NCBI GenBank assembly: GCA_002633005.1
Contig: NMRA01000593.1
Location: 144,280 to 183,117, forward strand
Source: Phoronis australis
Taxonomy: Eukaryota > Animalia > Phoronida
DNA length: 38,838 bases
Reading direction: 5' to 3'
The notes beneath the pieces are model-generated. The model worked only from the letters and a program-made list of their open reading frames with translations, ran no database searches and was not told where the DNA came from. The translations under genes and the position numbers were made by a program. Below are positions 11,901 through 23,292 of the stretch, one piece after another. How positions within the stretch are numbered: position 1 is the stretch's first letter; each line of letters starts with the position of its first letter.

Positions 11901-14900
11901 GTCTGTGTTGCACTCAGTTGGATATCAGTAGACACAAGTGTCAGTGACATCGGAAAAGTGCAGCTGCAGGAGTCCAACTTACAGCATGGAGAGGTCACCC
12001 AAAATCACCCTACCATATATGAAAGTCTTCCCACATACCTGATATGGAATTCAGTGTAAAAATCTTTTGTCGCTGTAAATTAACACGTTCAGTAAGAATT
12101 CTGTTTTTTTGCCACAGAGGCAATAAAAATACAGTAAAATTTGGGTAGGTCGGATCCAACAGGACCAAGAAATTTTATCTCAGTACAGGGAATAGAAACG
12201 CCCAAAACTACACAACTATGCCAGAGTTAAGCAAAAATCTTACTCGCGCAAGTTCAGGTTATGGAGGTTTTACTGCATTACTTTAGGTTCACGGCACATC
12301 AGTGTGCTATTTCACCAAGAGACTGTTTTGTTTCGGCTAAAAATCAGTCTATAAATCGCTTGGCCCGTTTCACAAAATCAGCTTCAGAAGATCTGTATAC
12401 AACAGAAATCCATAGCCTGCTACTGAATTGAGTAAAGTCGGATCCAAAAAACAAAAATCAATCAATTTCTAAAATCTGAACAAACAACACCAGTTGGCAC
12501 AACGTGACAGACCAAGGTGGACAATAAAGGATACTAAAGCTTTGATCTGTGACTTCAAGGTGCCATAGGTTTATCCTGAGATCGTCCGCAGACATGTATG
12601 TCTGTTGATCGCTGTTTACTGAGATCGAGTTGATGTGGTAAGTGTGTGCATTAGAAAATATCCGCCTCGGACTAGCTTCAACCATTAGCTCCATCGACTA
12701 GAAAAGAAACGTGATCTATGTACATGTAACCCCCATTACCACATGTATAATGTCAACAACTTGCATTACAGAAGGTAAGACATCAATTTTACAGTATTAG
12801 ACAGTCTGGACTCCAAAGTTAAAAACTCAGTCAATGAACTAAGTCAGAATAATGAAGTTTTCCATAACAAGACATTCTTTGTCAAAGACACAGCCTGTCA
12901 ATGTCACAGTCAGTCAATGTCACAGTCTGTCAATGTCACAGTTTTGTCAATGTCACAGTCTGCCAATGTCACAGTCTGTCAATGTCACAGTCTGCCAATG
13001 TCACAGTCTGCCAATGTCACAGTCTGCCAATGTCACAGTCTGTCAACGTCACAGTCTGCCAATGTCACAGTTTTGTCAATGTCACAGTCTGCCAATGTCA
13101 CAGTCTGTCAATGTCAATGTCACAGTCTGTCAATGTCACAGTCTGCCAATGTCACAGTTTTGTCAATGTCACAGTTTGTCAATGTCACAGTTTGTCAATG
13201 TCACAGGCAATCAGGTGACTATCACATCCAGTCACCCCTCAACACAAACAGTTTCATATCCACCAACTGACGTGTTCAACAACAAACGCAAATCATTCAG
13301 CGCTAGAGGAGTGGATAAAAGATGTCGAAGGCTAACGGGGCCTCTATGACTACATGGGTGCAGTAGCCAGGCACGGTAATCACCTTGCTGTTTCTTTACC
13401 TGCGTGTATCAGAGTGTCCACCCAAGGGCACGAGTGGCCACACAAATGTCACAGGACCAAAAGATTTCGCCAAATTTTGTCTAGCTTTATGAAAACTATT
13501 ACGATAATTGCACAGAAAATAACAATAAAATTTCATAATGCAAGTGAGCTGAAAACATTTAGTCTGAACTTATACAGGCCCTTCAAAGATACGATATAAG
13601 CCGGCCAGCCTTTTTAAAACCGAGGGACAACTGAATAAGGTTCCAATGTCACCTAAATTGGAAACTGCCAAAAATAGTAACTTAACAGATCACAAAAACA
13701 GAGGTTGACCAAACCAGCAAACTTCCAACTAGGCTTAAATCTAACATGACGAAAACCAAAACCTGACGTGCATGCACTATCTTGTCAGGTTTAACTTTGG
13801 ACAACTAGTTGACTCATCAAATCTGGAAATGCATGACGGCAGTTGGCCAATGCAGAATTCTAAATGCGCCCACTTCACTCAGGCAGACACTGTAGCGTGC
13901 CGCATTGGTGACTCACCTTGAGTTTAGGGACTGTGAGTGACGTTAGACTGGACGGATCACGAACGACCCCATTCTCATCTTTTAAGTTATACCCCTCCGG
14001 CCGTCTGTCCCTTTCTGATACTTTCCATAATTTGATGGTTTTATCTGCAAGAAAGATCAGACATTCAATGCAAAGTGTTAGCAATAAAATTAGTCTCCTC
14101 TCACATCACACAATATAGACACAATCACGTCATTCAAATTGCACATAACAGGCCATCAGCTACAATACGACAGTCAGTGGCTGAAACTTTCTGGTGTCAG
14201 CATTATGAACTAAACTGATGTACTTTCACTTCAAAAACCAATTCTTCCCATGCAAGGACAAAAATCGGATTTCACCGTCTGGCAATTTCTAACAAAAAGT
14301 TCCCACCAACTGTTATCATTTATATTCTTTTTTCTAAAGTTTATTACACAACTACAAATACTCAACACTTATCACATGTTGCCAGACCACATCAACAACA
14401 GACTAATCAAATTTTTCTTTACAGTGGCAAGTTGACAAAATCATATCCCACTTCAGAGCCATATTGTGTTCTAGATTGACAGCATAAATGACCAAATCCC
14501 ACTGACCGTTAGTGGATAATAAAAAGTGAGCAGGATTGGCTTGTTTCAGCCAACGGATTTTGTTTATCTTTTCTTCGATCTCTAAACTTTTCAAGTAGTC
14601 AAACTCGGGCTCGTGACTTTGAAACGTGCTGTAGACGTTATACTCCGAGCCTGCGGAGCTCTGTGGGAACAGCGAGTGATCACGTGTCATGGAGTTGCGA
14701 GCCTGAAAGTACACAAAAAATAGTGTATCAAGCGAAACCGAAATAGACTTGTAGTAACTGAACATTAAAATTTGATGAATTTCATACTGCTCTACAGTAA
14801 TTAATGAACTCTACCCAACGTGTAAAAACACATTCTAAAATGCCCAGGAAATTTGCCATAGGATCTCCTATTATGCCACAATAAGACAATGGAGTCAGTT

Positions 14901-17900
14901 GGTAGTTGTGGATTAGGTTTGCAGTTTTCCTTAGTATTGGTCGAAATTCGTATTGTTTTGTAAATCAGCAAAATTCCATTTCACTTTTTTCTTTCAAAAC
15001 AGTATCACATCGCCACCACAATGTCCTGGGAATTGTCTTGCTCCATCTACAGCGCTTATGCGTCAGCTTGGTTTTACCAATAGACTTGCAGTACACTATT
15101 TTCTAAACTAACTGAAACCAGAGAAAGAGCGCCACCTTCAGAAAGAATATACAACCACTCAAACACTGCCTGTTTTGTTTACTTGTCCCCATCGAGTTTG
15201 GAATTTCTGTTGTGGAGAACACTGTAATGGAGTGCAGTTTCCAGTAAATAAAAACGTGAAGTATTATATGCTTATATTTACTCTGGTGTCCGCGACTGAA
15301 AAACGTGAAACGTCCAATTCCATTCACTTTCTGTTACCTTGTGAAACCAGGGTGTCAACAACACTCCTCTAAAAGGTTCTCATTAACATTGCACCATTCA
15401 TACTTGTACGCACAATTCAGCTGTTTTATTTTTAGCGAGTCGGTATCCAATCGTACCAGGAAAATGACATCATTTTGAAAACTTTAATAATCAATCATCT
15501 TCAGGTCATAGTGACACATTTTCACATAATAGCATTGCCTTAATAGATTACTATATTCTGTCATGTTAGAAACAAGCTTTTACCATCTAGATGAATTTTA
15601 AGTTTTAGGATTACAATCAAGTTCTCGAAGTGGTGAGTTCAGAAATTTGTACCGCCAATCCAAACATAAGTACAGTAGAGTTTCTTTAATTTAGAACAAC
15701 ACAATATGACAGAACAGTGAAATATTATTTGATCTAAGTTTTCAACAAAAGTAAACATTTCCAATTTATACTGCACAACTCTCATCAAAAACACGCAATG
15801 AAATTTGAAGATTTTTAATAATAGTTAGTTTTTGAAAGATGGAAGACCACAAATTTGTCATTTTTTTAAATTCTAGGAATTTCTATCTAAGTACAAGGAT
15901 AATGCAATAAAGAGCAATGTTTTAACTGTTGCCAACCACAGTGTAACTGACAGCAGCAGGGGATGTTGTGTTCTAGGTTAACTGGTGATGTTTCAAGCCA
16001 CAACAAACGCAAGTGCTTGTCAAGACCATACAGCATGCAGGAAAGCCATTGTGTTTATCAATACACCTTGCAAGACAAAAGGAAACAAACCAAATACAGG
16101 GTCTCCTGTCATGAAGCCTAATTCTGTTAACAGCAAAAATGACTGGTAATAACTGTTACGGCTGAAAACTTCTAATTACAAATGGCTTAGCAACCTTACC
16201 AAATGATTTATTAATCCCCCTCATTCTTGGTCATGCAGTACGACTACCCCGACGATGAATTCGGCTCCCACGAGTGGTCATGACAGAGTCTTCCGGGTCA
16301 TTTTGTCAGAATACTTTTGGAAGAGGAACTAAATCTTTTACTTAAAAGTGCTATCACTGCGCAACAAAGGTTAGCTACTGCATTATTTCATCAATCATCG
16401 GATCTATTTTTAACTAATTACAATCACACAAGCTGCCTTGATGAGAAGCAGTGGTTGCTTTCTTAATGCCTTCTTAACTGACTTCACAGCTAATTGCTAA
16501 GCACTAGCGCTTAAACAACCTTTTTACAAGGATAGAAATCTGTTCAGATTCCGGTAATAACAGCAGATACTAATTTCAGAACTGAAGGCCAAAAGTCTGC
16601 ATGCGCCACAAAGTATGGCTTCTCAGGCTTCGTGCAGTCCAGTGTCAACACTAATAGTTCATGCTTGACTGAACTTCCCCTTCCTACTGTCAAGAGGTAC
16701 AATGAGTGTTCTAAGAAATTGATGAGACATCTTATAACATGGATAATGGCATTCTAAAAATAGTTCTAATGAAAACACGCAACACGAAAACACATAAGAC
16801 CTGACAGAATCTTATTCCAAAATGAATTTTCAAATTCCAAGCAGGCATCTCGATTTAAAAAGAAATCTAAAAATTCAACAGGATATTGGTCTTATAACCG
16901 TTCCATACTGAACACTTTTTTCTGGGGCTTACATCAATTGATATTGAAATGCATAATCAGCCGCATACCTCAAACATTCTTATAGCAACAGTCAACACTA
17001 GCAAAAGCAGGCTTTTTAGGAAAGAAATTGGCCCTTCAAGAAATTTCTATTACACCTCACAACTCTAATTAATATGGAATCTGTAGATGATACAATTTTA
17101 CATGTAAATGTAGTAGCGGGCAGTAAGTCCCAGAATTGGCATTATCACATGAATCATTCACTTATCAAGACTGCCATATTCAGAACACTGGCATTTCAAG
17201 CGATAAGATTGTGTCTAGTAGACATTCAAGGAGGTCAACACTGTGCTATTGACATGCACATTACATTAAATAGTTCTGATGAATAACCGTCAGTTACTGA
17301 AGGGTGGAAGCACAGAAAACCAATTAACACAAGCCTTGTTGAAAATAAACTGACACTGTAAGAGTTTATCACCCATAGTCACCACAGTGCCAACGTCTTT
17401 CAAAAATTTGTTGAGAAGCATCAATCTTGAAATATTCATTTTTGGGAACTGGGCAACCACGCCCAATCAGACACCATGAAATGTTGCACGCCAGACTTTT
17501 TTCAGGTGCGAAGAACAACTGCTCAAGGCAGAACCATGCACAACCAGTCCATAACATATATTGAAGGGACCGGGAATACATTGAAAACCCTGAACAACAA
17601 ATACAGCTGGGATACCTGGCAAGTTAAAATGGGGAAAGCCTGTAGAAGTGGAGCAGTGTATAGGACCAACTGATGGTGCAGTGAACGACAAGATATTACA
17701 AGGTGTACCTAAATGATGGTGAATTCCTCAATAAATCTTACCTGGTAGCAACACCCACTCACTCATGTGGACAACACTGGTTTTAAGCAAGAAATAGACT
17801 TCTAATTTCTAGTTTAACACAACCCAAAAATAAAGGTACCAAAACGGAAGACGATTCAAACCGTTTGGTGTCACGGCTGCAAAATGTACCATCCAAGATT

Positions 17901-20900
17901 GCTCGACCCTCAATGACATAACTTAGGGATGTTTCATGAATAGTAACGAAAGACATTAATTTGGTCATAGGCTCCAAGTAACTATGGAAGAAGCACACAG
18001 TGAGAATATATACTACTAGTTACTGCTCAAGATAATCTATAAATTATTTCTAGACTGCGATGCACTCATAATTAATTGACTAAACCTTTATTCAGCTACT
18101 GTGAAGTAGGAATGCGAGACCAAATTACTGCCGTTAGTCTTAAGCTACTTTCATGAAACGGACCCCCAGACCAATGACTCTCAATGCTGGACGTCGGCAT
18201 GCCAAGACGCAGTTGACCATTACTTACCGCATTCTCCTGCTGGAATATGACCACGCGTCCTCCTTTGTCCCCTGTGGCCAGAAGGTCCCCTGTGTGGTTG
18301 AACTCCACGCAGGAGATAATGTCGGCTGCAACAAACAATTGAAAAACGAGTTAGTCAACTGGTGAGTCCAACACACAGGCATACAGCTTGGCAGATACTT
18401 CAACAATATACCAACTCTACTGGAATTATGGGCAATAGTGAGAACAGTCATATAGAAGTGTACTGGTAAAATTGGCAAGCAAAAGCACAAGATAACTTTG
18501 CAGTAGACAGGTGGATTTAATGGTAGAGCGTCAACATTGCAATGCCACATGAACAGGCAGGCCTTCATTTAGAGGGTGTCCAAGGTGTTCAACTGGACAC
18601 CCCGTCTCACATTTAGACACCCTAGCTAGGGCATCCAGTTCAGCATGTGGACGCCCACGTGAAGTAAGCAAGTATCGGTGTCTTAAATTGCCAGCATGCA
18701 GCAGCTCTAGAACCTCATTATTTTGACAAGAACAAAAAAATTGGTACGAAAAACTTTATTGCAAAATCGTGTCTCCACAGTAACAAGCCACAATACAACA
18801 GCAAGTTGAATTGGGATCATGAAAGCACTGTCAAGCGTTATTGGTTATGGACACTCGTCGCTCTAAGAAATAGGGAAACCCTTTTTGGACACCTCGTTTT
18901 TGAAATCCTGGATGAACCTCATCTTAAGAACAGTCAAGTTCAGTTATTGGCTGGTGTCGCTGTTAAGAACGACACATGTATTATTTTCTCAAATATTCCC
19001 CGTTCTACCACTCAGATCCCTTTATTTCGATAATTGTACATCCATACTATACAAGATACTTCAAGTTTAAACACAATTATACCTGCGTAACATTTCCAAA
19101 GCACCATCTAGCGATAACTTGAATGAGCCACACATCAAATTTCGATGTTCGCTAACTATTCAAGTCTGTCTAAAAGGTTCAACTGCCTGTACAGCTAACA
19201 TCAAATTAGTATGAACAGATCATACTTCATTTCCTTTTAGGTAGAAAGGTGTAGTTCAGGTAAAGCTGAACACAGCTGCCGCTGTCACAAAACTAGTTCC
19301 AACACGGTTTGTCAACACGGCTCATGGATACAATACAACTCAGAACAGACTTGTGCATGGACTCCCAAACTTGGCTCACAGACTGTCACGCACGACGCCA
19401 AGCTCACAAAGCACCACGTACACACTCGAAAACCCATGCATGTACTCACAAACAGAGGGCATGGGCTCAATGTTGCATCATGTTTGGCGGTTGGTCAACA
19501 CAATTTATCCGGTTCTGTCAGCCGTGTTTGTATGTTAGGTACAATGTTTATGGCTGCATGGGCTACAGGTAGTCTATACCTCATCACAAAAGTTATTAAG
19601 GGTACCCTCGACCCACAACAGCCAGTAGTACACATATGAGCAAGTCTGNGCAAGGAGTTCTCAACAATGTAAGAAGGTTTCATGTTGAGGTCATGGTTCA
19701 GGGCAGATCAATTTTATGCTGGATTAGGTCTGCCTTGGAAGGAGGAGGTTTGAACTCCAAATGGAAGGACTGGATTGACGTCTTGACAGGAAGCAATGAC
19801 AAATGACGACTTTAATACAGATGCCCAACAGTTTAATGTTGCTCATCGAAAACTACTGCAGAAAACCTACATCACTTTTAAAATACCGACTATTTACTGT
19901 ACCATAAGTATGCTTAAGTTTTCATAATACTTTGAACACAGCAATCAGTGAACAAATGCACAATCTCATCAATGACCTTTTTAACGAGTTGCTGCGAGTT
20001 GCTGCGGCCTGTTTGGCAACATTTGCGACACATTTGAATGGCTAGCCACCTGTTTGAAAAAAGTGGACAGTTTGGAAAAAGCCAGTCATCAGTAAATTTC
20101 CTCCATTAACTGTTGTGAAAAATCACGCTCGTCTTAATTATTGCTAAAAGCTTTCCTTTGCTCATTTTCGATGGTTGGTAAACATTCAAATTAATGCTCT
20201 GCAAGCCTGGAAATAAGACATTTCAAGAAATTGAAGGTGCATGCTTACTCGTACAAGACACACAAAACTTAAGCCCACAGATTCGATGTTCAAAGGATTC
20301 ACCTTAAGGCTAATTGCCAAAGCGAAAATTAACAAGAAACTCGCAAAAACACAAGACCATGCAAGACTTCCAAAAAGTCACCAAGGATCGAAAATGAAAA
20401 ATTCCTAATGTAGCAACAGCTCCAGCCGAAATGAAAGCAAAAGCTTCGTTTCTTTTGATCACTCCATAGTTTCATGTATCATCTATAAGATTATAAGATT
20501 ATAATACTTTTAATTACAGTTTCACGTCACATGAAAAAATACGAAAATAAAAGTTTGGTAATAAGGTCGCGTGACTTTCTTTCACAGCAGCTGCAGTCTC
20601 ATGATTCATTCAGAAATTCCAAAATAAAGCGTCCACAATTAGGTTACTTATTTCATGACACCCAAGATCAATGGCGACTGCATTTCTATGACCTCTCAAT
20701 TTGTGGTATGTTATTATGGAGACATGGGTCTGCGATAAAATTTATAGCACCTTACGTCATTATTTACCTAATTTTTTAGAATGGACAGGCCAATGAGCTC
20801 TCAGGGCTGCTCTTAAATCAATGCATGTCAGGGCCCTCGCTCACCTGAGGGTATAGGTGCCGGTGCTTTCTGAGGGAGTAATTTTTTGGTTTAGGCCTTG

Positions 20901-21726
20901 AGGGAAAAATTCCTCTCCACGCCTGGTCACCACCGATTCCACTACTCTATTCATAAATTCACAGAACGACAAATGACTCACACTTGTCGCAACTAAAACT
21001 TTGAGAAATACATATAATGAACTAAAATTTGCAGACATCAATCGAGATAGGACGAGTATTTTAGTAAAGGGGATAAGTTTTCTACATTAACAGTGGTTTG
21101 GTAATGGTCGGATACATGGGTCCCTAATTTAGGAACAGTTGTTCTCACTGAATAATGGTGGTATTCTGTGTTAGTAACTAGTTCTCAAATCAAATTTAAA
21201 TCGAGGACCAGACTATTACCTTGATTTTCAATATCTAAATTGCCAAAATGAAACTCGTCAGACTCGGTGACACCGACTTTAGAAGTTTAGTAAAAAAACT
21301 AAAGCGACGCACCATTGTCTAGTGCCATGAAGTTTGTACCAAAAAAGTCTTGGCACTAATTGCTTCAGCTGTGAGATTTCTTCGCTAAAACATCCATAGT
21401 GAATACAAAGATTGGTCACAAAAACAAGTGGGAGCCCATTTCTGATTCATTCCAGAATAGGATGACCGCCGTTCGTTTCAAAATTCCAGAATCAAGAAAG
21501 GATGAGAATCGTTGAAGTGCTGTACTCAATCGTTAGAACAAATATGCACTAACCTTCCGTAACATCTTCTTCAACAGTTCCTTTCACTTGGGAGAAGCAC
21601 CACTGTAAATCACCTCCTGCAAATTCAAAGACAAGGTCAAGTTCGGTGACCGGTGTTTCGGGAATGACAGGAAATTCTCAAGAGGTACGGAGTGTCAAAA
21701 AAGTTATGGTTATAGATACCTGCCAT
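8674..21726 (-). CDS. PPP2R2A: Serine/threonine protein phosphatase 2A 55 kDa regulatory subunit B (B55, PPP2R2/twins ortholog), spliced CDS: 21726-21720, 21616-21554, 18325-18228, 14702(or 14660)-14507, 14044-13917, 12697-12535, 11414-11250, 10522-10261, 8950-8674
   Basis: Exons join in frame with GT-AG ends to 1359 nt (452 aa) or 1317 nt (438 aa); hallmark motifs [76 protein letters not shown]. The symbol denotes the family; an invertebrate gene would be co-orthologous to vertebrate PPP2R2A-D. Confidence 0.96.
10261..10522 (-). CDS. PPP2R2A: PP2A B55 exon 8
   Basis: cccgcag|TA TTC GAG...GAC AG|gtagga; [26 protein letters not shown]...[18 protein letters not shown]. Confidence 0.94.
11250..11414 (-). 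CDS. PPP2R2A: PP2A B55 exon 7
   Basis: ccccag|AC ATT GTG...AAA T|gtatgt; [55 protein letters not shown]. Confidence 0.94.
11415..12534 (-). other. U12-type (minor spliceosome) GT-AG intron, B55 intron 6
   Basis: Donor GTATCCTTT (12534-12526); branch point CCTTAAC (11433-11427) ending 12 nt before the intron 3' end. Confidence 0.9.
12132..12275. mobile_element. Degraded Tc1/mariner (pogo/Tigger-like) MITE inside the U12 intron
   Basis: TA|CAGTAAAA ... TTTTACTG|CA termini; only 8 bp of clean TIR and an imperfect right TSD. Confidence 0.35.
12535..12697 (-). CDS. PPP2R2A: PP2A B55 exon 6
   Basis: ttttctag|TCG ATG GAG...TTT A|gtatccttt; [54 protein letters not shown]. Confidence 0.94.
12895..13206. 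repeat. 16-bp minisatellite (CTGYCAATGTCACAGT)n, about 19 copies, in B55 intron 5
   Basis: Directly visible tandem units; they produce the spurious repetitive ORFs 12852-13349. Confidence 0.95.
13917..14044 (-). CDS. PPP2R2A: PP2A B55 exon 5
   Basis: ttgcag|AT AAA ACC...CTC AAG|gtgagt; [43 protein letters not shown]. Confidence 0.94.
14507..14702 (-). CDS. PPP2R2A: PP2A B55 exon 4 (start either 14702 or 14660)
   Basis: tttcag|GCT or cccacag|AGC ... AAC G|gtcagt; [46 protein letters not shown]. Confidence 0.9.
18228..18325 (-). CDS. PPP2R2A: PP2A B55 exon 3
   Basis: ttgcag|CC GAC ATT...AAT GCG|gtaagt; [33 protein letters not shown]. Confidence 0.94.
18558..18922. mobile_element. Old hAT-like MITE remnant in B55 intron 2
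   Basis: Left end CAGGCCTTCATTTAG, right end CTGGATGAACCTC (imperfect inverted pair); GGACAC/GTGTCC motifs clustered near both ends; no clear TSD. Confidence 0.35.
21554..21616 (-). CDS. PPP2R2A: PP2A B55 exon 2
   Basis: tttgcag|GA GGT GAT TTA CAG TGG TGC TTC TCC CAA GTG AAA GGA...GAA G|gttagt; [21 protein letters not shown]. Confidence 0.93.
21720..21726 (-). CDS. PPP2R2A: PP2A B55 exon 1a coding part (ATG GCA G)
   Basis: ATGGCAG|gtatct, phase 1, gives [12 protein letters not shown]; a MAG start is typical of short B55-alpha/Twins isoforms. Confidence 0.85.
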
Positions 21727-21857
21727 GCATACGTCGTAACATCGATCACAACTAGGACTAGATGTATTAATCTTTGACTTGAAGGGATCTATTTGTTACA
21801 AACCAACCCTACGTCAAAGATGTTGCCCGATGTTAACCCCAACCCAACGGAATATTT

Positions 21858-21898
21858 CAAAATGGCGCACTGAAGGAAGTTGTCGAAAAGTGACGTCA
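21858..21898 (-). promoter_or_regulatory. Proximal promoter of B55 exon 1a
   Basis: Palindromic CRE TGACGTCA (21891-21898), ETS-like GGAAGT (21875-21880), initiator-like TCAGT on - strand (21873-21869), YY1-like CGCCATTTTG (21867-21858), about 130-170 nt upstream of the ATG. Confidence 0.6.
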
Positions 21899-23003
21899 CA
21901 CCCTACACTGGTGTAACTTTAGTGACATCTGTAGTATGATGTGTAAACCATGCTTCAGTGAAGTGACTTTTCACACTTGTAAGCTCAATTTTTACGATAC
22001 AATACAACCTGCGATGAAATTGAGTAAACATTTCCTATTCAGGAAACATTGTGTTACGAAATAATAACTGAGACCTATAGAAAGTGTGCTGAGCTAAAAA
22101 ATACATTTTACAGTATCAAACGTATACAACACTGAATTTGCGTTTTTTTGTACTCCAGTGTAAAAATTAATTTACCCTACCGTGTATTTGCTAGGTTTTT
22201 GCGACCAAGCAAGTTTACCCAAAATCATCAACTGTGGCATTCTTCAGCCACATAAATGTTTATCTGACTAGAAACTTTTGAGTTTATATTGTACTCGGGC
22301 GTAGGCCAACCCGACCTAAGAGTCAGTGACAAAGCAAAACAGAGAGAAATCAGGCGGCTGACGACAAATCCTGTTTTCTCCCGCCTCTGCTATGGTCCCG
22401 CACACGTCGGATATTCGCTTGAAGCGGTTATAAACCCGCGTTCCGTCCAAGAAACAAAATTTTGACTTAGACTATGCCCTCACCACAGTAAAATTGATCT
22501 CAACGTGTTCCTTACTTATACGAGTTTGAAAAGAATTGGCAGTTCATTGCTCCATGCTCGGATCGTAAAATGACACGCTGTGAGTTAACTTGTAAGCCTC
22601 GTGTCAGGCAATGACAAAATGTCGGCCCAGACATCATCTGCGACTTGACTAAGAAATAATTTCAGACCAATCTCATAACAATAAATGGTTTAAACCAGGA
22701 GTTTTTCATTGCGATGAAAGGCAGGTTTATTGCGAACACTATGAACTGAGCATCTCGGTGCAGTTGTTCTAATTCGTGCAATTTGCGCCTAATCATGATA
22801 TAATGAGTCCGGATTTCGCCTAGCTCGGATAAAATCTTATGCAAGATTTACTGTAGTTATGTAAAAGCGACACTAGACGACAAATAATGGTGACACGGAA
22901 AACGCTACATAGATGTAAAAATCAGCACTGTATATCCAGACTGACCCACGCACCTGGAAATAGAAGTAAAACATTGCGACAAAACTGTGTACCAGCCTCT
23001 TAC

Positions 23004-23103
23004 CTTTGGCCTTGTTTACGGCCGAGTTGATCATTGTGCCGATTTTACCGGGGAAGCTGTATTGTCTAAACATAGTCATCATCGAGTCCACTTTGACAGA
23101 CAT
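23004..23103 (-). CDS. PPP2R2A: Probable alternative first coding exon (1b) of PP2A B55
   Basis: ATG 23103 to AAA G|gtaaga (strong phase-1 donor) encodes MSVKVDSMMTMFRQYSFPGKIGTMINSAVNKAK(G), in frame with exon 2; recalled similarity to the Drosophila Twins long N-terminus. Confidence 0.7.
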
Positions 23104-23258
23104 GACTGATGGCGATCATTGGGCCGACACTGGGTGGCGCTAACTGAAATGAGACATATGAGTCAGGAAAAATGGCAAAAAAAAGTGCTGGAGCAGCTTT
23201 TGTAGACCCTTTCATACGGTCGTCGACGCGTCGATGTTTTACGAAGTTGCGGTCAGTA

Positions 23259-23292
23259 GAACGGTTTCGGTCCTAGTGGACCGAAACCGTTC
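23259..23292. repeat. Perfect 15-bp inverted repeat with 4-nt loop
   Basis: GAACGGTTTCGGTCC-tagt-GGACCGAAACCGTTC. Confidence 0.9.

Noticed and set aside
12852-13349. Cys/His-rich repetitive ORFs; CRISPR-like periodicity
   Set aside because: Products of a 16-bp minisatellite with no unique spacers, in a eukaryotic intron
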